A model generated the notes under the pieces. That model did not search any database, was not told the origin of the DNA, and saw only the letters and a program-made list of their open reading frames with translations. The position numbers were made by a program, and so were the translations under genes. From Lama guanicoe (taxonomy: Eukaryota), in assembly GCA_013239625.1 (NCBI GenBank), contig MU053881.1, forward strand, positions 13,878,373 through 13,942,372: a stretch of 64,000 nucleotides of DNA, given 5' to 3'. Shown here piece by piece: positions 1-12,120 of this stretch; positions within the stretch are counted from its first letter, which is position 1, and each line of letters begins with the position of its first letter.

Positions 1-61
1 CCCTCTCCAGCAGCATCACTGCTGAGATGAGCTTTCCGGATGAAACTTCATGTGATCATTT

Positions 62-235
62 TTGCATTTATTGAGCACCTACTGTTTGTCAGGCTGTAAG
101 GGAATCCAGCCATTGGAAACAGTCCCTGCCCTCCAGGAGCAGGAGACAAAGAACCCGTTACAATGTCATGTGTTAAGTGACTTCGTAAGCACAGAGGGCA
201 AGGCCCTGAGCATCTCACCTAGGCTGACTAGAGAC
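62..235 (-). mobile_element. L2 LINE 3'-end fragment
   Basis: catttattgagcacctac...tcaggc...agtccctgccctccaggagc resembles the reverse complement of the L2 3' terminus. Confidence 0.65.
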
Positions 236-419
236 AGGTAACCAGGGATCTGGGCAAAGGCTTTGGAAGAGAGAAGGAAAAATTGAGGTTGGCTGTTAAG
301 ATTTCAGTAGGTCAAGAGGGTTTTCAAAACCTGAGAAAGAGCTTTGGGGGTGGGAATAAAGGCAGAAAGTGCTGAAAACTGTACAGAGAACCTTTTGGGT
401 AGAATAATGTTAGGTACAA

Positions 420-510
420 GTTATTGAACACTTGATAAGTACCAGGTACTAGGCATAGCTCTTTGCACACACTGACTCATTTAATTGGCATGCAAACTTT
501 ATCAGTTAGG
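420..510 (-). mobile_element. MIR SINE fragment
   Basis: ttattgaacactt...ccaggtact...ctctttgcacac...ctcatttaat resembles the reversed MIR 3' part. Confidence 0.55.
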
Positions 511-721
511 AATAGTTAGGTGGCAAGTAATAGAAAATCCAGCTCCAACAGACTCCGTTTCAGTAGAGGACTTACGGGATTTATATAACTCAAGAGTTTA
601 AAGGTGTGTCTTGTGTGTGAGAAGGCTGAATCACTTTTGCAAGTGAATGGGGAAGCCAGATATACCCTCCATTTAGAATAATGATACTTTATTTCTTTTG
701 TCATCTTTAAACATCTTTCCT

Positions 722-940
722 GGTTTCATATCCCGACTCTTCTACTAACTAGCTGTGTGACCTTGAAAAACTTGCTTAACTTGTCTGTGCCTCAGTTTCT
801 TCACCTGCAAAATGTAAGTGATAAGTAACAGGAGCTACCATAGAGGGTGGCCATGAGGAGTCCATGAGTTATTTCACATAAAGCACTTTGAAAAGGGTTT
901 GGCACAAAGTAAGTACAAAGTAAATATTATCAGCTATTAA
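722..940 (+). mobile_element. MIR SINE
   Basis: MIR core: actagctgtgtgaccttg...cttaacttgtctgtgcctcagtttcttcacctgcaaaatg...taaagcactt...tggcacaaagtaagt. Confidence 0.85.
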
Positions 941-1059
941 ATCTATTAACTCAGAGGCCCTGGCTACATGTCAAACCAGACGCATATTTTGAACCCAGGC
1001 ATGGTTTCCCATCGCTCTAGGAAAATAGTCAACAACGTAATGTGACACACACAGCCACG

Positions 1060-1180
1060 TAGGATATGGGCCCTGTTTTCCTCCTCAACCTTCTCAAGCA
1101 TTTCTTTACCTTCTGTTCCTCACGTACCAGAGGTTTTCTTCACTTCCTAAACTGGGCCATTTCTCTTCACATCTCCCCTA

Positions 1181-1216
<36 letters not shown>

Positions 1217-1510
1217 TTAACCCAATCTGACTTTATATCCTTTACACCTCAACTAAAGTGGTCTTACATTGGGTAAACTTTGATGCCCTAATCCAGATCC
1301 ATTTCCTATTTAATCTCTTTCATAAATCGCTGTAATTTCTCTTCACCACACTGATCACAGTTTGTCACTTATCATTTGTTGATCTGATTAATATTTGGCT
1401 TACTTCATGAAGGGAGACGTTTGTTTTGTTCACCGCTATATTTTGTTCATCACTGTATTCACCCCTGTGTTTACCTGGTAGATACTCAGTAAGTATTTAT
1501 TAAATGAAAA
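1060..1510 (+). mobile_element. L2 LINE 3' region, interrupted by (CA)n
   Basis: ttgttttgttcaccgctata...ctggtagatactcagtaagtatttattaaatgaa matches the L2 tail. Confidence 0.55.
1184..1214. repeat. (CA)n microsatellite
   Basis: about 15 perfect CA units. Confidence 0.95.
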
Positions 1511-1511
1511 A

Positions 1512-2605
1512 AAGAACTAATCTCTGACTTTAAGACTTACTGTAAAGCTACAGTAACCAAGAAAGTGTGGTATTGGCAAAAGACTAGACAAATAGATCAA
1601 TGGAACAAGACAGAATGCCCAGAAATAGACCCACGTCAATGTATTCAGCTGATCTTTGACAAAGGAGCAAAGGCAGTAGAATGGAGCAAAGAGATAGTCT
1701 TTTCAACAGGTGGTCCTGGAACAAATGGACATCTGCACGCAAAGAAAAAAAGATTGACATGGACATCACATCCTTCACAAAGATTAACTCAAAATGGAAT
1801 ATGTAGACCTAAATGTAAAACTCAAAACTATAAAACTCCTGGAAGATAACACAGGAGAAAACCTAGATGTTCTGGAGCATGGCAGGGCCTTTTTAAACAT
1901 AACACCAAAGACACAGTCCGTGAAAGAAACTGACAAGCTGGTTTTCATAAAAATTGAAAACTTCTTCTCTGGAAAAGATAATGTCTAGAGAATGAGAAGA
2001 CAAGCCACAGCCCGAGAGGAAACATTTGGAAAAGATACATCTGATAAAGGACTACTATCCAAAATATACTAAGAACTTTTAAAGCTGAACAATAAAAAAA
2101 CAAACAGCACAATTATCAAATGGGCCAAAGACCTTAACAGACATCTCAATAAAGAAGATGTACACATGGCCTACAGGAAGCATATGAAGAGATGCTTCAC
2201 ATGATATGTCATCAGGGAGATGCGAATTAAAACAAGGATGAGATACCACTACACACCTGTTTGAATGGCCAAAATCTGGAACACTGACAACACCAAATGC
2301 TGGCGAGGATGTGAGGCAACAGGAACGCTCATACTTTGCCGATAGAAATGCATAATGATACAGCCACTTTGAAAGACAGTTTGGTGGTTTCTTTCAAAAA
2401 TAAATGTATTCTAACCATATGATCCAGCAGTCACACTGCTTGATACTTACCCAAGTGAATTAAAAATGTATGCCCATGCAAAAACCTGCACACAGATGTT
2501 TATATCAGTTTTATTCATAATAACCAAAACTCGGAAGCAACTAAGATGTCCTTCAGTAGGTGAGGGGATCAATAAATTCTAGTACACCCAAACAATAAAC
2601 TAGTA
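1512..2605 (+). mobile_element. old LINE-1 (L1MC-like), decayed ORF2 C-terminal region
   Basis: ORF-track peptides WYWQKTRQIDQWNKTECPEIDP...LIFDKGAK and DLNVKLKTIKLLEDNTGENL are L1 ORF2 homologues, broken by frameshifts and stops. Confidence 0.9.
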
Positions 2606-3165
2606 TGAATATTGTTTCATAATTACTAGGCCTTTTAACTTCTTTTGGAACTTTTCTATCTGATGGATATATCGTGGCAATTGAAACGATTAAGAGATTT
2701 TTACACCTAAATGGAGAGCCTTCCTAAGCGACTACAAGTAAGTGAGCACTGAAAGGAATAGAAAGGTGAAAAGAATGAAAAAGCAAACTTCAGCTACTTC
2801 AAAAACGTGCCTAGAGGTGGTCTTAAAAATATATAAATTGAATTTGAAGCAATACTTCTGAACCTAAAATTCTAAGCAAAATTGTCAAGGTTATGCATGT
2901 GCATACACGCATTTTTCTGGAAAGAAGTTGAACATTTTCCCTTAGGTTCTCTACAAGGCAGTTATACTTTATATTTTTTTAAAGCATCTGTGGCATCTAC
3001 CCTTTATAATTGGAGGGTGAGATACCACAGTTTTCTTTCAAGGAGGCCTGAGACGTAGAACATTAGCCCCGGGTAATCATCTCACGTTACACTGCTGTGC
3101 AGTTTACACGAAGGTAAATTAAGACCTGGGGCGAGGAGGGAGCTAGCTGAAGTTTGCATAGCTAC

Positions 3166-3585
3166 TGTGCCTGAAAATACTGCCGGCTATATCTGTAAAT
3201 GAAGAATGGTGTGGCCATCAAGTCATCAGCCACTCCCGCCACCTCCTCCCCCGACAGCGAGTGGAGGGAATTTAGGATGCAGACAAGCAGGCAGCGTGGC
3301 CTCTGCAGCCTCCCCCAGCAGTGCACCCCGAGGGAACTCAGGATGTGAAAGACAGGACACTGGCCCTTAGGCAGCTAGGTGCACATCCAAGGAACATTTC
3401 AGTCAGCCCAGACATTTGCACCTTCCCATACATAGAAAGGCACTAAATTCCTTAACTTGAGATAATCTGGTTTTCTCTAATTAACAGTAATCTTTTGATG
3501 TTCTGACTACCTGGTCTTTGTTGCAAAAACTCATGTATCCTGGCTTCTCCCTTGCCTGGGCGGAACAGCCTTCCAGAGTGATCAG
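3166..3585 (+). mobile_element. ERV1-type LTR (MER41-like of cetartiodactyls), 3'-incomplete
   Basis: TG start tgtgcctgaaaatactgcc...tatctgtaaatgaagaatggtgtggccatcaag resembles the 5' end of MER41-like LTRs (family name from memory). Confidence 0.6.
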
Positions 3586-3606
3586 CCTGCTTGTCTGTGT
3601 CTCGCG

Positions 3607-3706
3607 TTCCCTCCGCTCACTGTCAGGGGTGGCGGTAGTGGCTGGTGACCTGATGGCCACAGCATCCTTTGTTTACTGATACAGCTGGCAGTAGTTTTCA
3701 TTCACA
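3607..3706 (-). mobile_element. 5' fragment of a second LTR of the same family, inverted
   Basis: reverse complement tgtgaatgaaaactactgccagctgtatcagtaaacaaaggatgctgtggccatcagg... aligns with 3166-3270. Confidence 0.65.
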
Positions 3707-4659
3707 GGCGCAGAACATTGTCATTTCGTCTACTCATTCACTCAGTGTATGTTTCCTGATCTCTGCCGTGTTTCTGGCCCTGTGCTAATCACCCAGCCAA
3801 AGCATTTGGGTGTTAATCTATATGAAGTTGGTAGCTCTTGCAGCTGATTCAACATGTCCAGACTATAGAGACTGGGCAGGAAAGACAATGGTTTGTATCT
3901 ATGCACCAGTTATTAGCTGAATGATCGTGTGTGCTCGTTTGCCTGGGACCGTCTTTGCATCTCTGTTTTTCTCTTTTTGAGGTGTGGCAATGGGAAACTC
4001 ACTAATAACTAGCTAGAGAATGGATGACAAGACCTCAAAGACTTAATTCCAATTAAAATTAGTTTAAGGAAAAGAGGCTTGTATCTCTAGTTGGATAGCT
4101 ACTGACTAATTTACTGTGTTCCCGTAAGTCTTTCTCGCCTGAGAAAAGCTGTTCGTCAGACCCATCCAAAGGTTATGTCATTTCCCTTTTAGGCGTGCAA
4201 CAATTGAGTAGCTTGAAAATGTGAATAATAAATGCCTTTCACATCACAATTGGATTATTTCAAGAAATCGTCTCACTGAGTACTCACTGAGCATCTTCCC
4301 TATGCAAACCAATGTGTGTCTGGAAGATACTGAGAAGAATGTGTCCCTGTGTCCCAGGATCTTATTACCTCTTCAATAAAAACAGAATCAGAAATAATTA
4401 ATGCTAAAACAAGGCAGGGTGTAATATACTGGGGGTATAGGAAAGAGTTCTTCCTTTCATAGGTGCAAGGAGGTCTGATCCACTCTCTGGAAGAAAGCAA
4501 TATATTGAAATGAACAACTTTAGCTCATCTCTCCATTTTATTGTTAATTTCTCCTCGTAGGAGAAAGAAGAAACTGCCCCTTGGTGATCTCAGAGAAATC
4601 TGGTTATGTAGGGGGGAAAAGGCCACTGCTTCTAAGAGGCAGTGTTGGAGCAATATAGT

Positions 4660-4795
4660 CTCCTGGTTTGGTTATTGTACTGTAATTTTTTAGAAGGTCA
4701 ACATTAGGGAAGACAGGGTAAAGGGTTTGTGGCACCTTGCTCTTCATTTCTTTGCAGCTTCTTCTGAACCTACAATTAGTTAAAAATAAACATGT
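4660..4795 (+). mobile_element. L1MC-like 3' terminus
   Basis: tattgtactgtaatttt...cattaggggaagacagggtaaaggg...gaacctacaattagttaaaaataaa. Confidence 0.65.
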
Positions 4796-4835
4796 ATTTT
4801 TGAAAGGCGAGAGTGGCCTTTGTCTTTCTCTAAGG

Positions 4836-5127
4836 CTTTGCTGCCTAGTAGAACAGCCACTAGCTGCATGTGGGCTGAGCACTGGACACGTCTTTTAAGT
4901 ATAAAATATACACCAGATTTAGTATGATGTGAAAAAGAGGGCAAAAGAGATCATCAATACTTTTTCTATTGATTACACACTGAAATGACAATGCTTTGAA
5001 TATATTGGGTTAAATAAAATATATTATTAAAATAATAATGTTGCCCTTTAAAAACTTTTTAGGTGGCTACTAAAACTTTTTAAAATTGTGCATATGTCTT
5101 GTATTATATTTCTATTGCAGAGTATTG
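4836..5127. mobile_element. MER33-like hAT-Charlie MITE
   Basis: aagtataaaatatacaccagattt...gaatatattgggttaaataaaatatattattaaaat; 8-bp TSD ctctaagg (4828-4835) / ctctaagt (5128-5135). Confidence 0.8.
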
Positions 5128-5949
5128 CTCTAAGTCATTTTTCTGAATGAGTTTGTGAAGGAAGCTACAGTTTTGCAGTTAGCTGCCTACATAAGCATTT
5201 TCTCAGTAGACGCCGACTTTTCCCACATGGAATGTAAATTTGGGAAGGGATGGAGGAATAGGGAAGCCCTCAGATCTAAGCCATGTTTAACAATCCAGGA
5301 AGATTTGTCACTTATGAGTTTTAAACTTCATTTGTTCATTAGCCCCTTTGGCTTCTTCTGTCCATTTCAATGGCTAGACTAGGGACAAGAGGACAAGGGT
5401 GATTAGGCCCCTTTAAGCCTCCAGCATGAAGGGACAAATGAACTACTAAGAAACTACAGAGAAAGAAGAGATTATTTTTAATCCAAGGTAAATAAAAACT
5501 GATGAATGGCAAAACGGCATTTATGTTGGCTTATAGAAATAGTCTATGAAAAGGGCAATAGAGACAAAATCATGGAACCTGGAAATGTGGGAGGGGTTTG
5601 GGAGATAGCTAATAATCCTGTTTGGCTAGGTTTTATGATATTTGCCTGGGTGGTGCATGGTGTCCCCAATATTTCTTAGGACAGAATACAGAGCAACTTG
5701 AATGAAGACTACGAGCTTTTTATCGCCCCCATGGGCAATAAGGAGCCATAAAATAATTTTTGAGAAAATGATTGAGGCTCTGCTTTGAAATAGATGCTAG
5801 CAACATAAAGAAAAGACTGACATAAAGAGAAATTGGAGGCAGAGACCAAAGTACCCAAGAGTTGCCCAACCAGATATAAAACCTGGATGTTAAAGGTGAG
5901 GAGAGTCAAATTGGTATCTGTCTTTTTTCCATCTGAATTCTGTTAGTCA

Positions 5950-6870
5950 TTGTGGAGAATATTCTCAAGACCAGCCCTGTGTAAGGCAGATGGGTTACCT
6001 GTCCTCATCAAGCAGATAGTCCGCTGGAGAAAAGAGACACTGAACACACAAAGCGTGTCACTGACTCTTAGGAAGGTCAAGTGCAAAGTGCCTCCAGCAC
6101 GTTTAAGCTCAGAATCCTAACTTAGCCTTGGGCATCAGGAAGTGACATTTCAGTTGAGCCTAGCAAAATAATGCACCAAGGGGGACTCGGTGAATTAGGG
6201 AGGGAGAGAGTGCATATGCCACATGGAGGGAATGACAGGTGCAAAGAGGCTGGGATGGGAAAGAGCATGGTGCTTTTACAGAACTCAGAGTAGTCCAGTA
6301 CAACTAGAATGTGAGAGCGAGAAGGGACGAAAGGGAGTGGACAAGTGTGACATCACGCACAGCCTCTGCTATAACAGAGACTGCAGACCAGATTCTTACA
6401 ACAAGTGGGAAGTCACTGAAGGATTTCACACGGGGCAGGAGATGATTAGATATAAATTTAAGATTGGAATGGGAAGGGATGTGGAACCCACCTAACCACA
6501 GGGCTAGGAGAACAGGAGGAGAGGTGTGCTGCAGTATGTAAAGAACACTATGCCTGGAAGACAGGAGAAGTTGCTAAGCGGACTCTTAAATATATCCATT
6601 TGCTGAATAAATGAATAAAAAAGTGGATGGGAAGAAGAAATAGAAGAGGGTAGAAATTTTTTAGGAGGCTGTTACGGTCAAGAGGAGGAGGATGGTTACT
6701 TGAATTTTAGTTATACCATTGGAGTAGAAAAACAAAGGAGTCTAGAATTATTTAGGAAGCAACTGGATGAGACTTGATGAATCATTGAATACAAGGAGGT
6801 GATGATGAAAGAAGAGCCACGGACAATATTCAGGTCGCTAGAATGGCAGATGATGCCTCCTATGAAGAAA
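5950..6870 (-). mobile_element. decayed L2 LINE fragments
   Basis: aggaagtgacatttcagttgagcc, gcaaagaggctggga..ggaaagagcatgg, ggaagtcactgaaggattt, ttaggaggctgtt are typical antisense L2 motifs. Confidence 0.55.
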
Positions 6871-6964
6871 AGGAACAAGGGAAAATGGATAGAGAAGATT
6901 TTAAAACACCATGCAAAACATATAGAGCTTCTTTTTCCTTTGGATTGGATTTGTCAGGGACTTT

Positions 6965-7110
6965 GAGATGACTAAATCCGACGGCATAATTTTATAGACG
7001 AGGAACATTCAAAGTTTAAGTGACATTAATAAAGTCTCACAACTGGTTAATGATGGAGCTGAAACTAGACCCACACCTCTTGAATCCTACGAAGCCCAGG
7101 TCTTTGCTCT
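6965..7110 (-). mobile_element. MIR SINE fragment
   Basis: attttatagacgaggaac...aagtgac...aaagtctcacaactggttaatgatggagctg. Confidence 0.65.
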
Positions 7111-7111
7111 A

Positions 7112-7275
7112 CAATTTTGCTTCTCAAACTGTAATCCGTGGACCTGGAAGCAGCAGTATCACTGGGAATCTTGTCAAAAATGCAGATCTAAGGCCATCCT
7201 CGATCTCCTGCGTCTGAAAGTGCATGTCAACAAGATTCCCACGTGATCTGTATGCACGTTAGAGCTCCAGTCTTA
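7112..7275. mobile_element. MER5A/MER5A1-like hAT MITE
   Basis: tgcttctcaaactgt..tccgtggacc..agcagcagtatcactgggaatcttg..aaatgcagat...aacaagattccca.gtgatctgtatgcac. Confidence 0.8.
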
Positions 7276-8129
7276 CTGTGCTGCGTCACACCCCATTTTG
7301 GATAGAAGTCCAAAGCTAAATGCACGAGAGATCATTCTTCATAGCCAGAAGATAAATGCATTTATTTCCCTTTTTCTTTTACAAAACCCAGCACGATAAG
7401 TTTCAATTCTGTGGTTAAGTTAAAAAGAGCCATTCCTAGTCAAGCCAGGGGGCTGCTTTTACTCTTTAGAAAAAGAAAGGTTAAAAATCTCAGCCACTTT
7501 TCCTGTGACAGAGGATGTCATTGAATGTAGCTATGAGCTCAAAATACAATCAAGCTATTTTTAACAACTTGAACTGTTCCTAAGGATAAAGATAACACAG
7601 TGGATCTCTTAGATGTTGCTTGCTTTGTAACTCATCCTTGACACCAATCTGATTAATTCTGGTCAGACATCTTGTTCCTGGTTATTTGTAGGAGGAAAGA
7701 ACACACACCCTGCTCTCAAAGGCCGTGGGTCCGCCCCACAGTTCCTCTGTTCTGCACAAGCTTTCAGGATATTTAGGTGTTTTTCATCTAAACTGGTTTG
7801 ATTTGCACTGAGATCAAACTTTGCAGACTTTCAGGGGGTCTTTTGGTTCATTCGTCAATCTGTGCTTAGACTAGCACAAGCTTTGGGTATTTGTTTCTGT
7901 GTCTTGGTTCCCCTGGTGAAATGCATCTTCCTTTTCTTTCCTTTTATAATGTCCCCTTTAAAAACTCTAATCCAGTCAATTTCTTCTAGTGCTCCATGGT
8001 CTTACTTGAAAGCAGCCAGGTCTCCATCAACCTGTATCTCGGAGGTTGTATTTCCATGACATCAGAAGTCTCCTGAAAGAAAAAGATACTTGTCTTGGTT
8101 CCCCCAGAACATGACTCAGTGGGCTTTTT

Positions 8130-8590
8130 ACTCTACAAAGACTCTTGAAAACAAGTGACAAAAAGAAACCCAAACCAAACAGGCTTAAGCGATAAAGAGA
8201 GTTCATTAACTTGCAAAACCAAAAAATCCAGAATATGTTCTGATTTTGTGAAAGGCTTGATTCAGTGATTTAAAGCCATGGAGTCACTAGGTCCCAGGGG
8301 TCTCCTCTTGGCAGCATAATGGTTTCGGTGGTTCCAGGCTCCACATCTTCATATCACACATCACCGGAGGGAAAGAGAATCTTTTAGTTGCTCTCATGGA
8401 TGAGAGAGAAAGCCCAGTGTCTTCTTCTTGTTTTAAATTGGCTACGATGTGCCCAACCTTGAATTCACCTTGATGTTGATTGGCTTAAACTGACATAGGA
8501 CACTCTTGAAGTCAGGGGATGATCGTGGGGCCCACCCATGCCACCTGGGTATGTGTACCCAAGAGGAGATAATTGCTGCCAAGGAGAAGG
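8130..8590 (-). mobile_element. old MLT1-family (ERVL-MaLR) LTR
   Basis: caagtgacaaaaagaaacccaaaccaaacaggcttaag...gattcagtg...ttggctacgatgtgcccaaccttgaa. Confidence 0.5.
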
Positions 8591-9874
8591 GCAGCAAACT
8601 AAAGATTCCTATTTGTTGAATAGAAATTCCTATTTGTTGAATAAATGAATGAAAAATTGTGTTCATAGTGACTTCGGATGCCTTACCACAGAACCAAGTC
8701 TTAAAATGCAGTCTAGGGATGGGGGAGAGTTTTTTTTTTTTCTTGGATAATTTCTAAGACGGCAGAGCAGAATCAAAATCTTCTTGTCGTTCAAAGAAGA
8801 ATTACCTATATTTCTAAATGTCTTCAGCCCGATTTATCCTCTCCTGATCCCTAGCCCTTCTTCATGCATATCTTCATTTTCAAGAAAAAATTTAACCCCT
8901 TTTCTTATGGTCATAATGTGACTGAATCCTGCCACCCATGAATTTTGCTGAGACTTGGAGTTTATTCAAACTCTCAGCTCAACTCTACCCTCAAACGCCA
9001 TATAATTGTTAGCTCATCTTTCTTCCATTTCGAAGACTGAAGGTTAAGTGTCAGGAGCATTGTTCTTTAGTCTTCATTTGCCTTCAGACTCTCTGTCCCA
9101 TGGCTGAACTCAGTGTTCATCTAGAATGCACTATGGACTCTCACGCCAGTCATGTAGCTGGTCTGGCAGTCCATCAGTTCAGCACGGATTGAAAGCACCG
9201 TTCAATAGAAATCCAACAACAATGGCTTGTCAGCTTAGATTCGGGGCCCCTCCTCTTTATTGCTGTCTTTATTTGAGTCCGATAATGGTTAAAACCTGCA
9301 TTATGTAATGTTCAAAAATAGCATTCTGTTGTTCATCTGGAAAATATGTCATTTATACCATTCTAAAGAATGTGTATATCTCTATGTGTATGAAGTTGAG
9401 TTTTCTTAAATTATAGAGCAGAACTCTGGCTTGTTCTTTTTTAAGTGTATTTTCCTTTTAATTAACTGCTGTTTCAGTGACAGGTTGTCCACTGCTGCAA
9501 ATATATTCCTAGTATGGATTTAAATGATTTAATTGTTTCTGTATGACGTTTCATGCTCTGCTTGCTTCCCGTCTTGGACCCATCCCAGTGAACTAACTAT
9601 GAAAATCCAATTTTAAAAAATACCAAGGCATAAATAAGACTATGTTGTACATGACAGCACCAACAGATTTTAGATTTTTAAAGCTGCGGAATTGGTCATT
9701 TACTCCAAAAACATGTTAAATATTTTGACAGAGAATGGTAGACACAGTCTTCTTGGACAACCACACTAGTTTTTCTCTACTCCTCGTGTAGATTCCATAT
9801 ATTGATGGAGAACGTGTGATGTCACAGAGGAGAATCATTAGCTTTGCAAATGTACTACAGAGCATCCTATGGCC

Positions 9875-10052
9875 CTAAGAGGGTAAATTTTGGAGATGGA
9901 TTTGGGATTATATCTCATGTCTGTCGTTTACTTGCCGTGAGGATGTAGGCAGGTTTCCTGGCCTCTCTAACCTCAGTTTCTCTCAGAAATGAACGAGCTC
10001 GTACAGAAGAGTGCTTAGGACAGAGAAGGCACTCAGTGGATGCTATCATTAA
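9875..10052 (+). mobile_element. MIR SINE
   Basis: tacttgccgtgagg..gtaggcaggtttcctggcctctctaacctcagtttc...gtgcttaggacag..ggcactcagt. Confidence 0.65.
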
Positions 10053-10244
10053 CTTATAAATCCTCAGACATTCATCTCAAGCCCTTCCTAGAGTCATTGT
10101 AGTTTATTAACATGGGATGTGGGGAGAAGGAACCTGTGGAGAAATAGTTGGTTATCGTAAAGTAAATGTTTTGAGAAAAACATCTTTAGGGCACGACATC
10201 AGGACTAATCACTTTGTAACATATCTGCCTGAAAAATGTCTAAG

Positions 10245-10460
10245 GTTTTATATCACATCTATACGGCCAGCCCAGACCTGCCACATGTCCATAAAGACGT
10301 ATTAAAACAAAGCTACACTCGTTCATTCACCTTATCGTCCTTGACTATTTTCATGATGCACCAGTGGTCAAGTGCTTGTGGACAGAGATCACCTGGCCTG
10401 CAAAGCCTAGAATATTTATTGTCAGTCCCTTTGCAGAAAAAGTTTGCCAAGCCGTGGACT
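10245..10460. mobile_element. MER58A-like hAT MITE
   Basis: cagagatcacctggcctgcaaagcctagaatatttattgtcagtccctttgcagaaaaagtttgccaagcc. Confidence 0.75.
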
Positions 10461-10634
10461 GAAGTATCACTTAAGAGCAACTAAAGGAAGGCTAGAAGCA
10501 GTCAATGGATTGGGGTAAATTACCTTCAAGAGCTATTTTAGCAATCTTCTTCTAATACCACAAAAATGCCTCAATATGATTCTTAGGAGACAGAACCTAA
10601 AAGACAAAATATATTCACCTAGACTCATAGCCAC

Positions 10635-11085
10635 ATGTTGTAACGTTCTGAGTCCCCCTGAAAGAGAACCGGAGACAAGTACTTGTGTGCGGGTAGTCTA
10701 TTTGGGAAATAATCCCAGGAAATAGCAGTGAGCAATTGAAAAGATTGAAATAGGGTGTGAGAAAACGGACATGTTAACCAGCTGATCATTGCTCTGGGCA
10801 ACTGGGGCTTCATCCTGCAAAAACCCCTGAAGCGCTGAGTAAATGCAAGTACAGCGCCCACCTGAGGGAAGGAAAAAGAGAGCATTTATCCCCCAGCTGC
10901 AGTCTTTCATTGGGCGAGTCCCCTCTGGGGTGTTCACTCCCTTAAATTTCCGGACTCGCACATGCACCAGTGCTAAAAGATTGCCTTATACGTCCTCCAA
11001 CTCAGCCACGTAGAAAATCCAGGCTCCGAAAGTGAGGAGCAGTGCAGCTGCGGTGAGGTGGGTGAGGTGCCATCAGGCTGCCCAT
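10635..11085 (-). mobile_element. LTR16-family (ERVL) LTR
   Basis: gagtccccctgaaagagaaccggagacaag..cttgtgtgcgggtagtctatttgggaaataatcccaggaa. Confidence 0.7.
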
Positions 11086-11377
11086 TTACTGAATGCTTGT
11101 TTTATGCTCTGAATTTTGCTGAAGTCTTACAGGATTATCTCATTGAATCACCAGTAAAATCTGAATAATAAGCATGGAACAAATGTTAGTAGTTAGTCAT
11201 TTACTGTTGCTGCTTTTTGTGACCTTTTAACCACGGGCAGTTGCCTATTTTTTAGGGTTTTTTTGTTTTGTTTTCCTGAAACTCTGCTTTCTAAGTTTTC
11301 TTTTATTCTTCAGCATTGCCTCCTCTGTTTGCTCCGTTCTTAATGATGTGGAGAGGACAGGCCAAGGCCTTGCCATT

Positions 11378-11762
11378 GGTTATGGGCAGAATCATGTTCC
11401 CCACCTCCACCACCAAATACATTTGTTGAAGTCCTAACCCCCAGACCTCACGATGTGACTGTATTTGGGGAGAAAAGCCTTTGAAGAGGTAGTGAAGGCT
11501 GAATGAGGTCATGTGGTTAGACCTTAATCCAACATGACTGGTGTCCTTGTAAAAGAAGAAAGGGACACCACGAATGTACGTGCACAAAGGAAAGTCCACA
11601 CGAGGGCAGAGCCAAGGAGTGAGGGCTCAGAAGAAGCCAAGCCTGCCAGCACCTTGATCTTGGACTTCCAGCTTCCAGATCTGTGAGGAAGTAAATTTCG
11701 CTTGTTCAGTGGGTCACCCACTCTGTGGTACTTTTTTGCAGCCAGCCTAGCAAATGAATACG
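11378..11762 (+). mobile_element. MLT1A/B-like MaLR solo LTR
   Basis: gttatgggcagaat...gttgaagtcctaaccccca...gccagcaccttgatcttggacttccagcttccaga..ctagcaaatgaata; 5-bp TSD ccatt/ccatc. Confidence 0.9.
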
Positions 11763-11959
11763 CCATCTGATCACAGGATTTTTCCATTTTGCTTGTACTT
11801 CTGAAAATCTTTAACGGTAAGGACCCTGGCTATAAAGTAATTTTAAATGAATTTGTCATTTTTCTGTTTTTCTTCACTTTCAACATATTTTTTCATTTTT
11901 AGAAAATAAAAATCTTTGACCAGTGGGCTGTTATAAAGCACACTACTTGTTTTCTGAAC

Positions 11960-12120
11960 ATTTAGAAATAGTCTAGTTTCTTTCTGTTGCTAATTTCTAG
12001 TTTAATTCTATTGTGGTAAGAGAACATACTCTCTATAATTTCTTTTTCTTTTCTTTTTTTTTTTTTTGGCAACATATTGCTTTTGGCCCAGACAAGGGAC
12101 TGTTTTGGTAAATATTTCAA
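11960..12120 (-). mobile_element. old L1 fragment (end of the endonuclease domain)
   Basis: minus-strand translation EIIESMFSYHNRIKLEISN matches the L1 EN C-terminus. Confidence 0.65.
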
